Shown here piece after piece: positions 12,149 to 25,600 of a stretch of DNA of 64,000 bases. Positions within the stretch are counted from its first letter, which is position 1, and every line of letters begins with the position of its first letter. Under the pieces are notes generated by a model that saw only the letters and a list, made by a program, of their open reading frames with translations, was not told the DNA's origin and did no database searches. The position numbers and the translations under genes were made by a program. Source of the stretch: Octopus vulgaris (Eukaryota); contig OX597826.1 in the NCBI GenBank assembly GCA_951406725.2, forward strand, positions 6,944,001 through 7,008,000. The letters are read 5' to 3'.

Positions 12149-13380
12149 CAGGGGTTGGACGAAATAATGGGAACACTTAACATCCTAATTTTGAAATTTG
12201 TATAAAACCGTCAAAAGCTTCTTTATTTTTATGTTTTTTTTTTATTTATTATTAGTGTTGCTTAATATGTTTTGCTAAAATTACTGTTTCTTTTCAGATA
12301 TCATCAGAAAAAGATAATTGAAATTCATTAAAATGGCAGATCTATCGGACTTTCAAAGAGGTCACATTTTTGGTGCTCGTACGACAGGCACTAGCTTAAC
12401 GAAAATGTTTGCTATATCAAGAAGTACTATCTCGAAAGTAATGACAGCCTTTAAGAAAGAGGGAAAACTTTCTCGTTGAAACAAAACTCGGGAAGAAAAT
12501 AAAAATGTTCAAATAGGGACCGTCGGACTCTTACGCGAATTGTTAGAAAGGATCACAAAAGTGCAGGTCCAATATTACTGCAGACCTTCATGAACACATC
12601 GAGAGCCCAGTTTACACAAAAACTGTTCAACGGGAGCTGCACAAAGCCGTGTTTCACTACTTTCAAAAAACAAGCTTTGCAAAGCGTTTGGTGTGGAGTA
12701 AAAACCTACAGAATTGGTCCCTAGAGCAGTGGAAGAATGTTATCTTCTCAGACGAGTCCACCTTTACCTTATTTCCGACCACCAGCCGAATATACGTGTG
12801 GAGACAGCCAAAAGAAGCATTTCGACCAAACTGCCTTCTTCCAACTGTTAAACATGGAGGAGGATCTTTGATGATCTGGGAAGCTATATCTTGGAAATCC
12901 ACCAGTCCAACGATTTCCCTTCATGGTAAAATAAATAGTCAAGACCATTTAAACATTTTATCTGATGAAATTCAGCCTATGGTTGCAGAACTGTTTCCCG
13001 AGAGAAAAGCAATCTTTCAGGATGATAATACACCAATTTACACAGCTAAAATTGTTACTGAATGGCACTAGGAACATTCTAGTGAAGTTCAACATCTTAT
13101 CTGGCCACCACAGTCCCCAGATCTCAATATTATTCAACATTTATTTTGCATTTTAGAAGAAACAAGTAAGAAGTCGATATCCTCCACCATCATCACAACA
13201 AGAATTGGAGGCTGTTTTAGCTGAAGAATGGACAAAAATTCCTTTGGAAATAATTCAAACTTTGTACGAGTCCATGCCTCATAAAATTCAAGCTGTAATT
13301 ACTGCCAAAGTCGGTCCTACTCCATATTAAAATATATTTGTCTGAAATTTCAATGTTTCCATTATTTTCTTCAAATCCTA
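12149..13380 (+). mobile_element. Full-length decayed Tc1-like DNA transposon
   Basis: TIR caggggttggacgaaataatgggaacac, with a degenerate inverse at 13353-13380 and TA flanks. Contains a transposase pseudogene. Confidence 0.92.
12333..13330 (+). pseudogene. Tc1 DD34E transposase pseudogene
   Basis: Starts MADLSDFQRG. Motifs VIFSDES, TVKHGGGSLMIW, FQDDNTP and WPPQSPDLNIIQHL (catalytic E reads Q). Contains stops and frameshifts. Confidence 0.9.
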
Positions 13381-13704
13381 TATATGCTTTAATTAATCAG
13401 AAGGTCAATTCTCTGTTAATAAGTTCTGGACAAAAGGCTCGAGATGTCGTGGCTAGTAAAGTTAACATGTGACATCACCCGATAGAGCTGGCAGTTCACA
13501 ACACCACTTAGGTACCATTTTAGCTTTATGCTGATAAAAAAATAATAACTTTACCTGTTATCCATGTTGCGTAAGGCTTCTTCAAACCCAAGATCGCCAC
13601 AGATTTATTGTATATGGACATCCAAACAATTTTGTATAAAATTGTCAACTACATTATCCCAGTCGACAGTAATGCTATAATCATCATCGACAGCATCACG
13701 AGCA

Positions 13705-13732
13705 CAACTACTACTACTACTACTACTACTAC

Positions 13733-13792
<60 letters not shown>

Positions 13793-13815
13793 TAATAATA
13801 ATAATAATAATAATA

Positions 13816-13883
<68 letters not shown>

Positions 13884-13903
13884 GATGATGATGATGATGA
13901 TGA

Positions 13904-13965
<62 letters not shown>

Positions 13966-13990
13966 CCAGCAGCAGCAGCAGCAGCAGCTG
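13705..13990. repeat. Compound trinucleotide microsatellite (ACT)(AAT)(GAT)(AGT)(AGC)
   Basis: Directly visible. Confidence 0.95.
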
Positions 13991-14538
13991 TAGCATGAGA
14001 ATATAAATATAGATGCCGATAAATTGGAGACAATATAAGAAGATAAACCATAAAAAAATAAACGCATATTAAAAATGATATCGGAATAGAGAAAATAAAA
14101 TGTGTTGGGGCAACAAAAAGTGCAAAGAAAATATAAACAACAGATCAATAACAACGTAATAGTGTATCTTTCATTTGAGAAATACTAGCAAATAACTCTC
14201 TGAAAGATTTCTATGAGAAATACAATTAAGTAAACACCCCAGAAGTATAATAAACCAATAAGTATAGGAAAATATGAAAAGATATTTGGAGGCCTGAAGG
14301 AAAACAAAATATTGAAATAAACTAACTCTGGAATATATATTCTTTTGGAAGAAAGTAACAGAATTTCACTGACTGAAAGAAGGAAAAGAAATACTGAAAA
14401 ATACATTGGTGTATATATAACAAAGCTGTGGCATTAGGTCGTAAAACATGAATGTCTGAATGACGTAGGCGACCGGAAATAGATCATTTATGCAACTGCC
14501 ACACTTATTTCCAGAGAGACTAGGGTATGAGTTTTAGA

Positions 14539-14613
<75 letters not shown>

Positions 14614-14839
14614 TATACATATATATATATCAATTGAAATATGGTAAAAAAAAAAATAATAATAATAACAAAAAAAACCAAAGAAAAGCGAAAAATGAAG
14701 ATTGAAATTGGTGAGAAAAATATGCTGAAAGAATATAAAGATTGAAAAAAGAAGGTCTTTTGCTAAGTTTTTGAGCTGTCAAAGAAAAAATGAAATTATA
14801 AAAAATGGCTGAATGGGATATGAATAAAATAGCAATAGA

Positions 14840-14877
<38 letters not shown>

Positions 14878-15374
14878 ACACATACATCTATCTATACATA
14901 CATACATACATACATACATGCATACATAAAGATATATAGACACACAGATATATATATATATATATATATATATGCGAGCAGTTATATGATGAGAAAAGGG
15001 AGATAGAGATGGGTTTTCGAATTCCAAGGTACTGTTATGTAAGTATATATGCGTGTGAGTGTTCGCGCGCGCGCGTGTGTCACACGAATCGTGCAACATC
15101 CTGAGGCTGACAACCTTTAGCGAGCATTACAGTAATTGTAAAAAAAAATATACCACAAGATTTCAAAAGAGGATTACAACTTCAACCTAGACAAATGCTT
15201 TGTCGAAATACGTGGACAGAGATGAAATATAAATATAGAGACCGTGATAAAGATACATGGGATTTGTGAAACAAGATGGTTTGATGAAGAAGTAAATAAT
15301 TCGAAACTGACCCATGAATAAACAGTGTAGCATTTACAAACAAACAATCATGTCCCGTGCTGGGATGGCGTAAT

Positions 15375-15625
15375 TACTGGAGGCCCGTGACTTAGTATTT
15401 ATAATGTTAAATTTGTGATCACAAGACTGAGGTTACGATTCAGGAACGGACGATACGGTGTTTTGTCCTTGAAGAAAACGCTTCATTTCACGTTGCTCCA
15501 GTCCACTCAGCTGACAAAAATGAGTAATCCTGCGACGGAACGGCGTTCCATCCAGGTAGGGAATACATACGCCATGAAACCAGGAAATCAGCCCTTATGA
15601 GTCGGTATGACCCGAAAAGTAAGTT
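15375..15625 (+). mobile_element. SINE, CORE-like head/body type B with tail type 2
   Basis: CORE-like block tgtccttgaagaaaacgcttcatttcacgttgctccagtccactcagctg. The tail cctgcgacggaacggcgttccatccag...gaaaccaggaaatcagccc matches 23955-24060. Confidence 0.7.
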
Positions 15626-15944
15626 TTTTACCTTATTTTTTCTTATGATGTAACGGTATTAACAAAAGATTATATCGACATATTTAAGAGAGATTACATC
15701 AGATAAACTACAAAGAGACCGGTTCAATTATTTCTGTTTAAAAAACATACGGTTTTTTTTCAACGCCTTATGTATCAGATATGATAATATGTAGGTTAAA
15801 TAGATGTAGTTCTCTTTTACGATGACTTATTGTTAAAATGGTGGAAATAAGAGAAGCATATATACCGATGGGATAATCAAATATGTTATTAGGAGATAGA
15901 TCGTGGTGTTTCAATAGATGCATATTCTTTTGAGTGTTTTCCAT

Positions 15945-16160
15945 ATTCTTTTCTGCTCTAGGCACAAAGCCCGAACTTTTGGGGGAGAAGGCCAGTCGAT
16001 TAGATCGACCCCAGTGCGCAACTGGGTCTTAATTTATCGATCCCGAAAGGATGAAAGGCAAAGTCGACCCCGGCAGAATTTGAACCCAAAACCTAAAGAC
16101 AAACGGAATACCGCTAAGCATTTCGCCCGACGTCCTAACGTTTCTGCCAGACCGCGGCCT
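15945..16160 (-). mobile_element. SINE family C (head ggcggcgagctggcagaa)
   Basis: Shares the tcgatcccgaaaggatgaaaggcaaagtcgacc core with many copies in the window. Confidence 0.8.
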
Positions 16161-16279
16161 TAGTGTTTTCCATATTGTCTGATTGAACTATGTTGCATTG
16201 TGCATGCGTTGATCATATAGAGAATGTCTTGTATTAGTAGTGTTTTATATGTTAGGTGTTGATATTAAAATGTCATCAT

Positions 16280-16605
16280 CATGTGGTAAGAACCTTTCCA
16301 ACCACATAGTTCCGGGTTCAGTCCCACTGCGTGGCAACTTGGCCAAGTGTCTTCTACTATACTAAAGCCTTGTGAGTGGATTTGCGTCTGTGTTTGTTCC
16401 CCCCACATACATACACACATACACGCCGCTTGACAACCGATATTGGTGGGTGTATGTACCCGAAACATAGCGGTTCGACAAAAGTGGCCGATAGAATAAG
16501 TACTAAGCTTACAAAGACTAAGACCCTGAGTAGATTTATTCGATTAAATGCGGTGCTCCAGCATGGCTGCAGTCAAATGACTGAAACGCGTAAAAGATTA
16601 AAAGT
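16280..16605 (+). mobile_element. SINE family D (ccacatggttccgggttcagtcccactgcgtggcac head)
   Basis: Homologous to the fuller copy at 32075-32497. Confidence 0.8.
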
Positions 16606-17914
16606 GTATAGAGGTAGAGAAAGAGAGAAAGAGGAATGGATGGAAAGACATAGGACATCAAGGGCTGAAGTGATTTTTAAGGGAAGGAACCAGCTATTTC
16701 TCGTCTTAGAAACTAATTGTGATAGGTAATATAATCATGAAATGAAGAAGTTGAAAAGAACATGAGATGCTGGACCTCTTTCGCAGAGCGAATTCAAAAC
16801 TTATCCGCGCTTTAGAGCTTCGTTTTGAAAGAACAGAAACGTCTGTAAGCAGGTGAATGATTCAAGAAACCCAACGCCTTGCGGTACGTAATGACAGATA
16901 TTGCAGGCGTCGATAAAACACATGAAGAATATATACGTATTCTTTTAATATGTTAGGGATACGACAGAGGATTTTAGCAGAAAGACAAATAAAATGTGCA
17001 GACGAATGTAGTACAGTTATCGAGAAAAGAGCAGTCACCATCGTAACACCAAAGGGAGAATACTCCATTAATACTCATCACTTGTGAACATTTGAACTGT
17101 TGTTATCAGAACATTGTCCTGCTGCAACCAGCTGCCCTTGAATATCTTAAAGAATTCTGCAATAACTCGGTTTAAAATAGTAATTTATGAATCAATTATT
17201 TCATGAAGTTTTCACCAATTACATCTAATGATACAAGTTTATGTACTCTATTTCGTTTTTTAAAAGATCGTTTTACATAGAAAGGAAAGATATTAAATTT
17301 CAAATAACACAAATGTTAAGTGCTTTTCGAGTATTACATGTAAACAGTAAAATTTCATTTCGCGACAGTTTTTCTTTTTTAACTTCCAAAGGAACATCAT
17401 GAAATATGCAATAATTCGCTAGAAAAGTATATGCAAATGTTTCCCAGCAGCAGTTTCAGTAAATTTTACCATATATCTTACCTTAAAATCAGAAGTAAAC
17501 CAATGAAAATGCGTTATAAATCACTGGTTTATTATTTTATTATATTCCTTGAAATAATTCAAACGGGAAACAAATACTTTTAGACATTTGAATAGAGAAA
17601 CAAATTGATGCATTTGACACATCCGAGGGAACCATTCTTATCAGCAATGTCCTTCATAACGCTTCAGTATAGAATTTCAGCTGCAAAGGTCTCTTTAAGA
17701 ATATAGTACATATAGCTATCAGAAATTGGAAGCTGAGTGATACTTTAAATTTAGACGAAAGCCACTAGATGCACGGCGTATACTTTGTTGTATTTGCATA
17801 TTTATGTGAGCATAAATATTTGAGATACATACGAGTATGTAGAACCAATTTCAAACCAGAAGGCTCTCGAATCATTGTTGTTACTACATTAGAAGTAATA
17901 ATATTATAGTAGTG

Positions 17915-18121
17915 CAGTGGTTCCCAAACTATAAGTCGCGACCCATCTGTGGGTCGCGAACGGAATCTTCGTGGGTCGCAAAAAGTTATAAAATTACGCA
18001 TTAGCTTTGATTAACTGCTGTCTATCGAGATAGTTCAAGACTTATGTTTTAAATAAGTGGGTCGTCATAAACTGGTGTGATAAATAGTGGGTCGCGAATC
18101 TAAAAAGTTTGGGAACCACTG
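17915..18121. mobile_element. hAT-superfamily MITE
   Basis: 16-bp TIRs cagtggttcccaaact / agtttgggaaccactg. Exact 8-bp TSD tagtagtg (17907-14, 18122-29). Internal gtgggtcgc subterminal repeats. Confidence 0.92.
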
Positions 18122-18473
18122 TAGTAGTGTAAATATCACAGATATCAGAAAAATGCGTTTCCTGGTGCTTCGAGTGTTACAAGAACCGCAAGAACGTGGT
18201 TTTGATGCTGTGAGAGGACAATGCTTTTCTGAAGTGACATACATCGTTTCACGTAACCCCAGTTCAATCTGCAGTAAACTAACAATACTTCGTTGGACTG
18301 ATGCCTTGGGCAGGTACTATGTTGCAATTTCGGTCACCTATGCGCCAGAGAAGCAGGGTAACCTCCCATATGAGAACTGGGGCTCGAGACGGAACTTATT
18401 GACTTTATGACACGTAAAGGATTTTTTTTTATTTTCATCTTTCATAAAGTATTTATCAGAATCTATAAGCATC

Positions 18474-18665
18474 GCATGTTCTCTGCAACGATAAAGTATC
18501 CTGGAAATTAACAAGTATTTCCAAGCTAACATAATCCTAATATAGAATATTTTTTTACCTTGTGTGAAGAATTTATGAGAATTGCATGTTCTCTGCTAGG
18601 ATAAAGCATCATGGAAATTAACAAGTATTTCTAAGTTAAGATAATCCTGATATTGAATTTTTTGG
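18474..18665 (+). repeat. Diverged tandem duplication, period ~110 bp
   Basis: gcatgttctctgc...ggaaattaacaagtattt...ataatcct occurs at 18474 and 18584. Confidence 0.8.
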
Positions 18666-19244
18666 TGAATAATGCCAATTACTGAAACATAGATAAAACT
18701 TTTTTTTTTCACTATCTTTTATTTCGCATTTTATATTAATCTGCACGCAGATTTGAGTGCACTTTTCTTGCACACTTATTAGTTTCTCTCTGCTTCGTAG
18801 ATTTTCTACTACTGTGCAGCTATTACATAGGAACATTATTAAACACCTTTCGGAATATTAAAACTTATGTCACTTATTGTTTGTATATGTTGTTAAATAC
18901 CAAAATGGACTTATTATCTGCGATTTCGTTTTCTGAAATATGCTCTGCTTTTTACATTTTTTCCTTAATTTTTAATATAAATATACTTAGCGACTGATAT
19001 TGAATGTCGTAACCGAATTAATTTTAATATGGAAGATACACGGTAATTATATTTTTAGAAGATACATATATTGTTATGTTAACTTTGGTTTGGTTTTTAA
19101 AGTATAAGGAAAAACAGTATAGCTAAATGGTTCGATAATTTGTTTCGCAAGTAGGAAGTTCTGGCATTGATCCCACTGTATAACATATTGGGCAGATATT
19201 GTTTACTATAGCGTCGAGTCGATTCATGCCTTATGAGTAACTAA

Positions 19245-19560
19245 CTGGCTCTCCGTCGGTTACGACGACCAGGGTTCCATTTGATCCAATCAACAGAACA
19301 GCCTGCTCATGAAATTAACGTGCAAGTGGCTGAGTACTCCGCGCACACGTGTACACTTAACGTAGTTCTCAGGGAGATTCAGCGTGACACAGTATGACAA
19401 GGCTGGCAATCTGAAACACAAGTACTTCTTATTTTTGTCTGCTGAGTGGACTGCAGCAATGAGAAATAAAATGTCTTACTCAAGGGCACAATACATCGCC
19501 GGGAATCGAACTCAAGATCGCAAGGTCGAATACCCTAAACACTAAGCCACGCGCCTTCAC
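19245..19560 (-). mobile_element. SINE, head/body type B with tail type 3
   Basis: tRNA-like head at 19500-19560 and a CORE-like block. The tail (…tcgtcgtaaccgacggag) matches 30900-31087. Confidence 0.8.
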
Positions 19561-19811
19561 TATATTATGAGTTAGCTTTCAGAAACTGCAAAAAGCCACT
19601 CCGGTGAGTTTTGTACCTGTAATTAAGAAGTAAAGTCTCGGCACACGTTGTCCCCCACTGATTCTATCAGAGAATTATTTTAATTTACACGTGCGAATTA
19701 AAATATTGTCCAATCAATCGGTTATGCTTTAATTCAGGAGGAGGTAATTCAGTCGATTCAGCACCAACACGATTCAAAATGTCCTCAGTATAGGGTGAGA
19801 TTGTTTTGACA

Positions 19812-20118
19812 AGCGTGGTTGTGGGTAAGAAGCTTGCTTCCCAGCCACATGGTTCCAGTTTCAGTCCCACTGCGGGGCACCTTGGGCAAGTGTCTTCCAC
19901 TTATAGCCTTGGGCCGACTTAAAGCTTGTGAGTGGATTTGGTAGACTAAAACTGGAAGAAGCACATTATATATATATATATATATATGGGGGGAGTGTGT
20001 ATGTATGTATGTATGTATGTGTGTGTCCTTGTGTCGGTGCTTGTCCCTCCATCGCCACTTGACGACCGGTGTTGGTGTGTTTCAGTCCCCGTAAACCGAT
20101 ATAAGTACTAGGCTTAAA
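19812..20118 (+). mobile_element. SINE family D, partial
   Basis: Head ccacatggttccagtttcagtcccactgcggggcaccttgggcaagtgtcttc with an internal TA/TG microsatellite. Confidence 0.8.
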
Positions 20119-20189
20119 AACATAACAATAATAATAATAACAAGAACAATAATAATAATAAACTACAAAATAAACCAAAAATTATATAT

Positions 20190-20408
20190 TTCTATACTAC
20201 CCACAAGGGGCTAAACACAGAGGGGACAAACAAGGACAGACATAGGTATTAAGTCGATTACATCGAGCCCAGTGCGTAACTGGTACTTAATTTATCGATC
20301 CCGAAAGGATGAAAGGCAAAGTCGACCTCGGCGGAATTTGAACTCAGAACGTAACGGCAGACGAAATACGGCCACGCATTTCGCCCGGCGTGCTAATGTT
20401 TCTGCCAG
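20190..20408 (-). mobile_element. SINE family C
   Basis: Near-identical to the units at 22571-23172 and 51211-51450. Confidence 0.85.
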
Positions 20409-21026
20409 TACAGTATAGAATTCCGTGAAACACGGGCTGGTATGGCTGTTACCTGAATTGGCTAATTGTCTTAGGTGCTAATACAGTGTCGATGTGAAAT
20501 AATCATATTTTTGGCACCCTTCACTTTTGATTAGCAGAACATCCACGAACTGGGAGATGTAGAATGGAAGGGCTGCAACAGCACCCGGTAATTGTTGCTT
20601 AGTAATGCTCAAACTGAAATAGTGTGAAATGAAGTGCTTTGCTCTTGGATACAATACACCAGCTGGTCCAAGATGCGAAACAACGACCGCATGAACCGAA
20701 TCTGCTAATCCCTTCACTAAACACCTTCACAAAACAAAAATTAATACAATGTTATATTTGTGTGTTGAAATAGTTGATTTTTATTTTTATTGTTTTTTTT
20801 TTCGATAGGGCCACCATCAGTAAATATAAAGAATCTTCACTGACCAACGCATGCAAGTCCTCCCTCTTCATACCACCGATGCTCATCTAAAGGTAAAGAT
20901 AATATCATGATATGCTATAGTTTGGCACTAGTGCCGTCTCGGACGCTGTTGTCCAAATGTAAAAACATGAGCGGGGTACCATACGTCTTGCCGTACCCTC
21001 TAAGTTCCGCCAAACCAACTTCCGTA

Positions 21027-21132
21027 ATTATTATTATTATTATTATCATTATTATTATTATTATTATTATCATTATTATTTTCATTATTATTATCATTAT
21101 TATTATTATCATCATCATCATCATCATCACCA

Positions 21133-21194
<62 letters not shown>

Positions 21195-21195
21195 A
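21027..21195. repeat. (ATT)n/(ATC)n microsatellite
   Basis: Directly visible. Confidence 0.95.
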
Positions 21196-21197
21196 TT

Positions 21198-21455
21198 AAG
21201 TGAGGGAGCAGTGCATGCCATCAAAGTGACACTGGGGTAAAATATATGAAGCCCAGTATGCCCATCATGACTACTAGGGGTACACTAGGCACATGCATCA
21301 CAACCATATGTGTGCGACATCATGATCTCATATCAAGATAAACAGCGCATGACCTTGCAGGTGGGGCCCAGTTAGAATTTTCTTCTGGTCGAGTAAACCA
21401 TCCCGCTCAAAAGGTCCCCGAATAAGGGGTGTTTAAGGATGTTGAACGAAACACT
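21198..21455 (-). mobile_element. Interspersed repeat embedded in (TAA)n; possible 3' end of a TAA-targeting non-LTR element
   Basis: GC-richer 250-nt block with (ATT)n on both sides. The minus strand runs into (TAA)n. Family assignment is inference only. Confidence 0.35.
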
Positions 21456-22429
21456 ATGTTTATTACTATTATCATTATAATTTTATTATTATTATTACTA
21501 TTATTATTATTATTATTATTATTATTACTGTTGTTGTTGTTGTTGTTGTTATTATTGTTATTATTATTATTATTTCATCACATCCAAAATGATAGAAAGG
21601 TAAGGCAATCGCGGTAAAAGGTGAACTCAGAACACAGAGAGTCGGAAGACGTATTTTATCCACCATCACTAACAACTACGCCTGTTCGTGACTATCACTT
21701 TTGAATAGTTATTCAATTACAGCATCTTCTTTGTTTATAAGAATAATTTCTTTCCAAGTGATTTCGTGATTTCTATTCATACACAAAATGTATTCTGCCG
21801 ATTCTGAAGATAATAGATCGATCAGTGCACTTTATGGAACATAATAAATTAAACTTAGATATTCATAAATCTCTTGTGATAGACTTCTGAGAAGTACAAG
21901 GCTATTCAAACTGCAGATTACGTACGGCATAATGAAACGATAAAGTTATCTCTAAACATACATAATTTGAATGATCTAAATAATTGATATATAATTATAT
22001 TAATTAGAATATGTACTTATAAAATTAGTCTGTGTCATATCAGCGTCGGAAGGCATTTCATTTGGGTTTTTTTTTTCTTTTTTGGAAACATGGTTGAATT
22101 TGAGTATCAGAGTTGAATTTAATAACTGATAGCAACAGTAATTGCATGTAGTTTATGGTAAAATAAGTGACAAAAATGTTTTTAAAAAATAGCAATTATT
22201 TCATACAATAATAAAACTTTATTATTTACTCTAATTCCCCGGACTAGATTCGATGAAGAGATGAAAGACAAAGCCTATCCCGAAGGACCTGAATCTTCGT
22301 GGCTCTATCGATTCTGTCATCCATAAACTATATCGAACAACATGAACGGTTTTTAACGATGCGAAACAATGTAAGCAACTTTTCTGTATTTCACTTTGTT
22401 TATGCGTGTGCGTGTATATTTATTTGTGC

Positions 22430-22480
<51 letters not shown>

Positions 22481-22570
22481 TGTATGTGTGCGTGAGAATT
22501 CACATGTTTGCAAGTTTTAGTTGAGAGCAGTATTACCAACGTTAAAAAGATCACAACAAAAGTACTAATA

Positions 22571-23172
22571 TATTTCTTTATTGCCCACAAGGGGCTAAAC
22601 ACTGAGGGGACAAACAAGGACAGACAAACCGATTAAGAAGATTACATGTTTCCCAGTGCGTAACTGGTACTTATTTAATCGACCCCGAAAGGAGGAAAGG
22701 CAAAGTCGACCTCGGCGGAATTTGAACTCAGAACGTAAAGACAAACGAAATACTTATTTCTTTACTACCCACAAGGGGCTAAACATAGAGGGGACAAACA
22801 AGGACAGACAAACCGATTAAGAAGATTACATCGATCCCAGTGCGTAACTGGTACTTATTTAATCGACCCCGAAAGGAGGAAAGGCAAAGTCGACCTCGGC
22901 GGAATTTGAACTCAGAACGTAAAGACAAACGAAATACTTATTTCTTTACTACCCACAAGGGGCTAAACATAGAGGGGACAAACAAGGACAGACAAACCGA
23001 TTAAGTCCATTATATCGACCCCAGTGCGTAACTGGTACTTAATTTATCGACCCCGAAAGGATGAAAGGCAAAGAAGACCTCGGCATAATTTGAACTCAGA
23101 ACGTAAAGACAAACGAAATACCGATAAACATTTAGCCCGGTGCGCTAACGTTTCTGCCACCGCGCCGCCTTT
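22571..23172 (-). mobile_element. SINE family C tandem trimer (one head, three bodies) within one TSD
   Basis: Period ~184 bp (22571, 22755, 22939). 18-bp TSD acaacaaaagtactaata at 22553-70 and 23173-90. Confidence 0.9.
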
Positions 23173-23756
23173 ACAACAAAAGTACTAATAGAACACGAAG
23201 AACAATGATGTTTAAATGAACCACGAGAAGGTCAGGCATGTTAATAAGGACGCATTCGTTTATATGCATACATATAATACTTCTTGTTGCTATTGTTGTT
23301 GTTATTGTCATTCTTTTCTGTAGTTGAACGCGTTATGGAAGTTCCATAAGTTCGTGTCTTGCTTTCCTTTCCAGTGTTGTATTTACTGATTTTATGGATT
23401 TATCGTTTTATGAAGCTGGCCAGCCACTCTAAGGTCTACTCAGCCTCTTTTAATTCTTTCCCCAAGGAGAAAAATAGGCAAACAAAAATGTTTTCACATC
23501 AAAGGAAAATTTTTCACGGTTGGCCACAGTGTGCTTTAGGCTCGGTGGGTGATTTTGAAGGTGGAAGTATAGTTTGCAGTCAACCATACAAACCACAAAG
23601 ATAAAACGGAGCAACAACAGTAGCAACAACAACAAAAATAAAATAAATAACTGTAGAAGAAATAACAGTAACCGCAACAACAACAAGAACAGTAGCAGTG
23701 GCGACGAGGTGTGAAATGGAGCAGCAACACTAATAACAACGACGTATGAAGTGAAG

Positions 23757-24080
23757 CGTGGAGGTGCAATGGTCCAGTGGTTAGGGCAGAGGACTCGCGG
23801 TCGGAAGATCACGGTTTCGATTCCCAGACCGGGCGTTGTGTGTGTTTATTGATCGAAAACACCCAAAGCTCCACGAGGCTCCGGCAGGGGATGGTGGCGA
23901 TCCCTATTGTACTCTTTCACCCTAATTTTCTCTCACTCTCTCTTCCTGTTTCTTGAGTAACGCTGCGATGGACTTGCGTCCCGTACAGCTGGAGTGGAGG
24001 GGACATGCGCCACAGAAACCGGGAAACCGGGCCCATGAGCCTGGCTAGGCTTGAAAAGGGTGCATAAATAAAAAAAAATA
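23757..24080 (+). mobile_element. SINE, head/body type A with tail type 2
   Basis: A and B boxes, A-rich tail, and 11-bp TSD atgaagtgaag (23746-56, 24081-91). Confidence 0.9.
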
Positions 24081-24499
24081 ATGAAGTGAAGTAGTAGCAG
24101 CAGGAAAACCGTATCCATTGCAATAATTTATTTGCAAAAATGTAAAGACTAAATATATTAGCGGCAATGGTTCAACTCCCGCCACGCCATTAATAATCAA
24201 TTATAAGTGCAGATAAAGAATCATTTAGCCACAGTAGGACTACGTCATTTGCTGGTATTTCAAAATCACTTGATTTAGTCACACTGGACAAGAAATGAAA
24301 GTACCACAATATTGAAGGAACACAACGACAAACAGCAGACTAGGTGGGAAGGGTTTCAATCACAATAACATTGGATATGCAAACATTTTAATTTTTTCAT
24401 TTTTATATAAATTCATCTTATTTATATTCGTTTTATGCTTTTTGTCCCCACTGTGGTCCTGTCTCTCCTTGTGGAGTCTCCTCTGTGTTCGGGCTTTAT

Positions 24500-25000
24500 G
24501 CCTAATAAAGAAACAGATAACATATGATATCTTACAGCGAAGAGATCGAAGAGCCCGAATATACAGATGCTCACCATTGAAGTGAGTCTCCGATATGTTG
24601 TATATGAGTGAATTTTCAGGAAACCCTGGCTCAGGGGCATGGTACTATTCAACGTAGACCTGAGGAAATTACGCTGCAGCCATTTTACTCAGAAGTAGGA
24701 AAGATCATGTAAACTTAAGAACACACAACCAGAACTAACTGTTGATCGATGGTGAATTTTGTTGTAATGGATGACACCAGAACTCTACGTGAAAAAAGAG
24801 GACTGGGACGTGTTGAAAGATCTTTATTTAGGTGAAACTTGTGATACTTGACAGTATTCCAGTCCTAATGAATATCCCTAAAGGGTCATTAACTGCACAG
24901 GGTTGCAGAGGACAACAAACAAAGATGTTACAATTGTTTCAACACTTAGCACTTAAGGCCTTCTATCATGAAAGCCACTCAATTTCCCATTCTTTCCAAT
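24500..25000 (+). mobile_element. Decayed non-LTR retrotransposon fragment (R4/Dong-like post-RT region)
   Basis: The translation around 24715-24820 (LRTHNQN*LLIDGEF...PELYVKK/RGLGRVE) loosely matches DRKTRKLLT..G..H...D..RLY..R..GGRGL..VE. Confidence 0.3.
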
Positions 25001-25199
25001 ATCGCCTTACTCAGAACAGGGAGGGTGAATGCATATGATTTGAGGTTGCTTTGGAAATAAAGCCAAATAATAGCTTCAAGTCATCAGACATGGTGACCAT
25101 CAGCTAGATTAGAATTGCCGACGTTCAAAGGCGTGCACCCATCATCGGCGAATATATATATTCCACTCGAAGTCAGTTATGACCCGAGAGCAAAGACAA

Positions 25200-25600
25200 A
25201 GTATTTCTTCGGATTATCTTCCTCGACACTAAGTGTAAGTCGGTGGTGATTAACGTAAGCAACATTGATGGCTATACGTTCAGTCAAGTAAACGAAAATA
25301 CTCCACCAGGGGTATATATTCGATGCACCACTAGATGTGGCGCAGCAGATAATTGTAGATGTGCAGAGTCCTTCCTCTGAACGTTCTGCTGCTAAGAGCC
25401 AGTGGGAAATTGGAACAGTATCTTGGGCGCAACATGAGACTGTATGAGGATAGCCGGTGGGAAAGAGGTTTTACAACTGTCTGGCAGGCACCGACTTGGC
25501 TTCCCGAATGTGCAAATGTGGACACTGAGAAAACGCAGCGATTCCTGTACCTCGTTTGCTCTAGAGGTTACAGTTATGTTGTAAATATATTCTTTGTACA
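25200..25600 (+). mobile_element. Decayed LINE RT fragment (RTE-like)
   Basis: YLGRN and MWTLRK (cf. YLG... and YGxETWTL). Weak. Confidence 0.25.

Noticed and set aside
22571-23172. CRISPR-like regular repeat
   Set aside because: The units are contiguous 184-bp SINE bodies without unique spacers, in a eukaryotic context.
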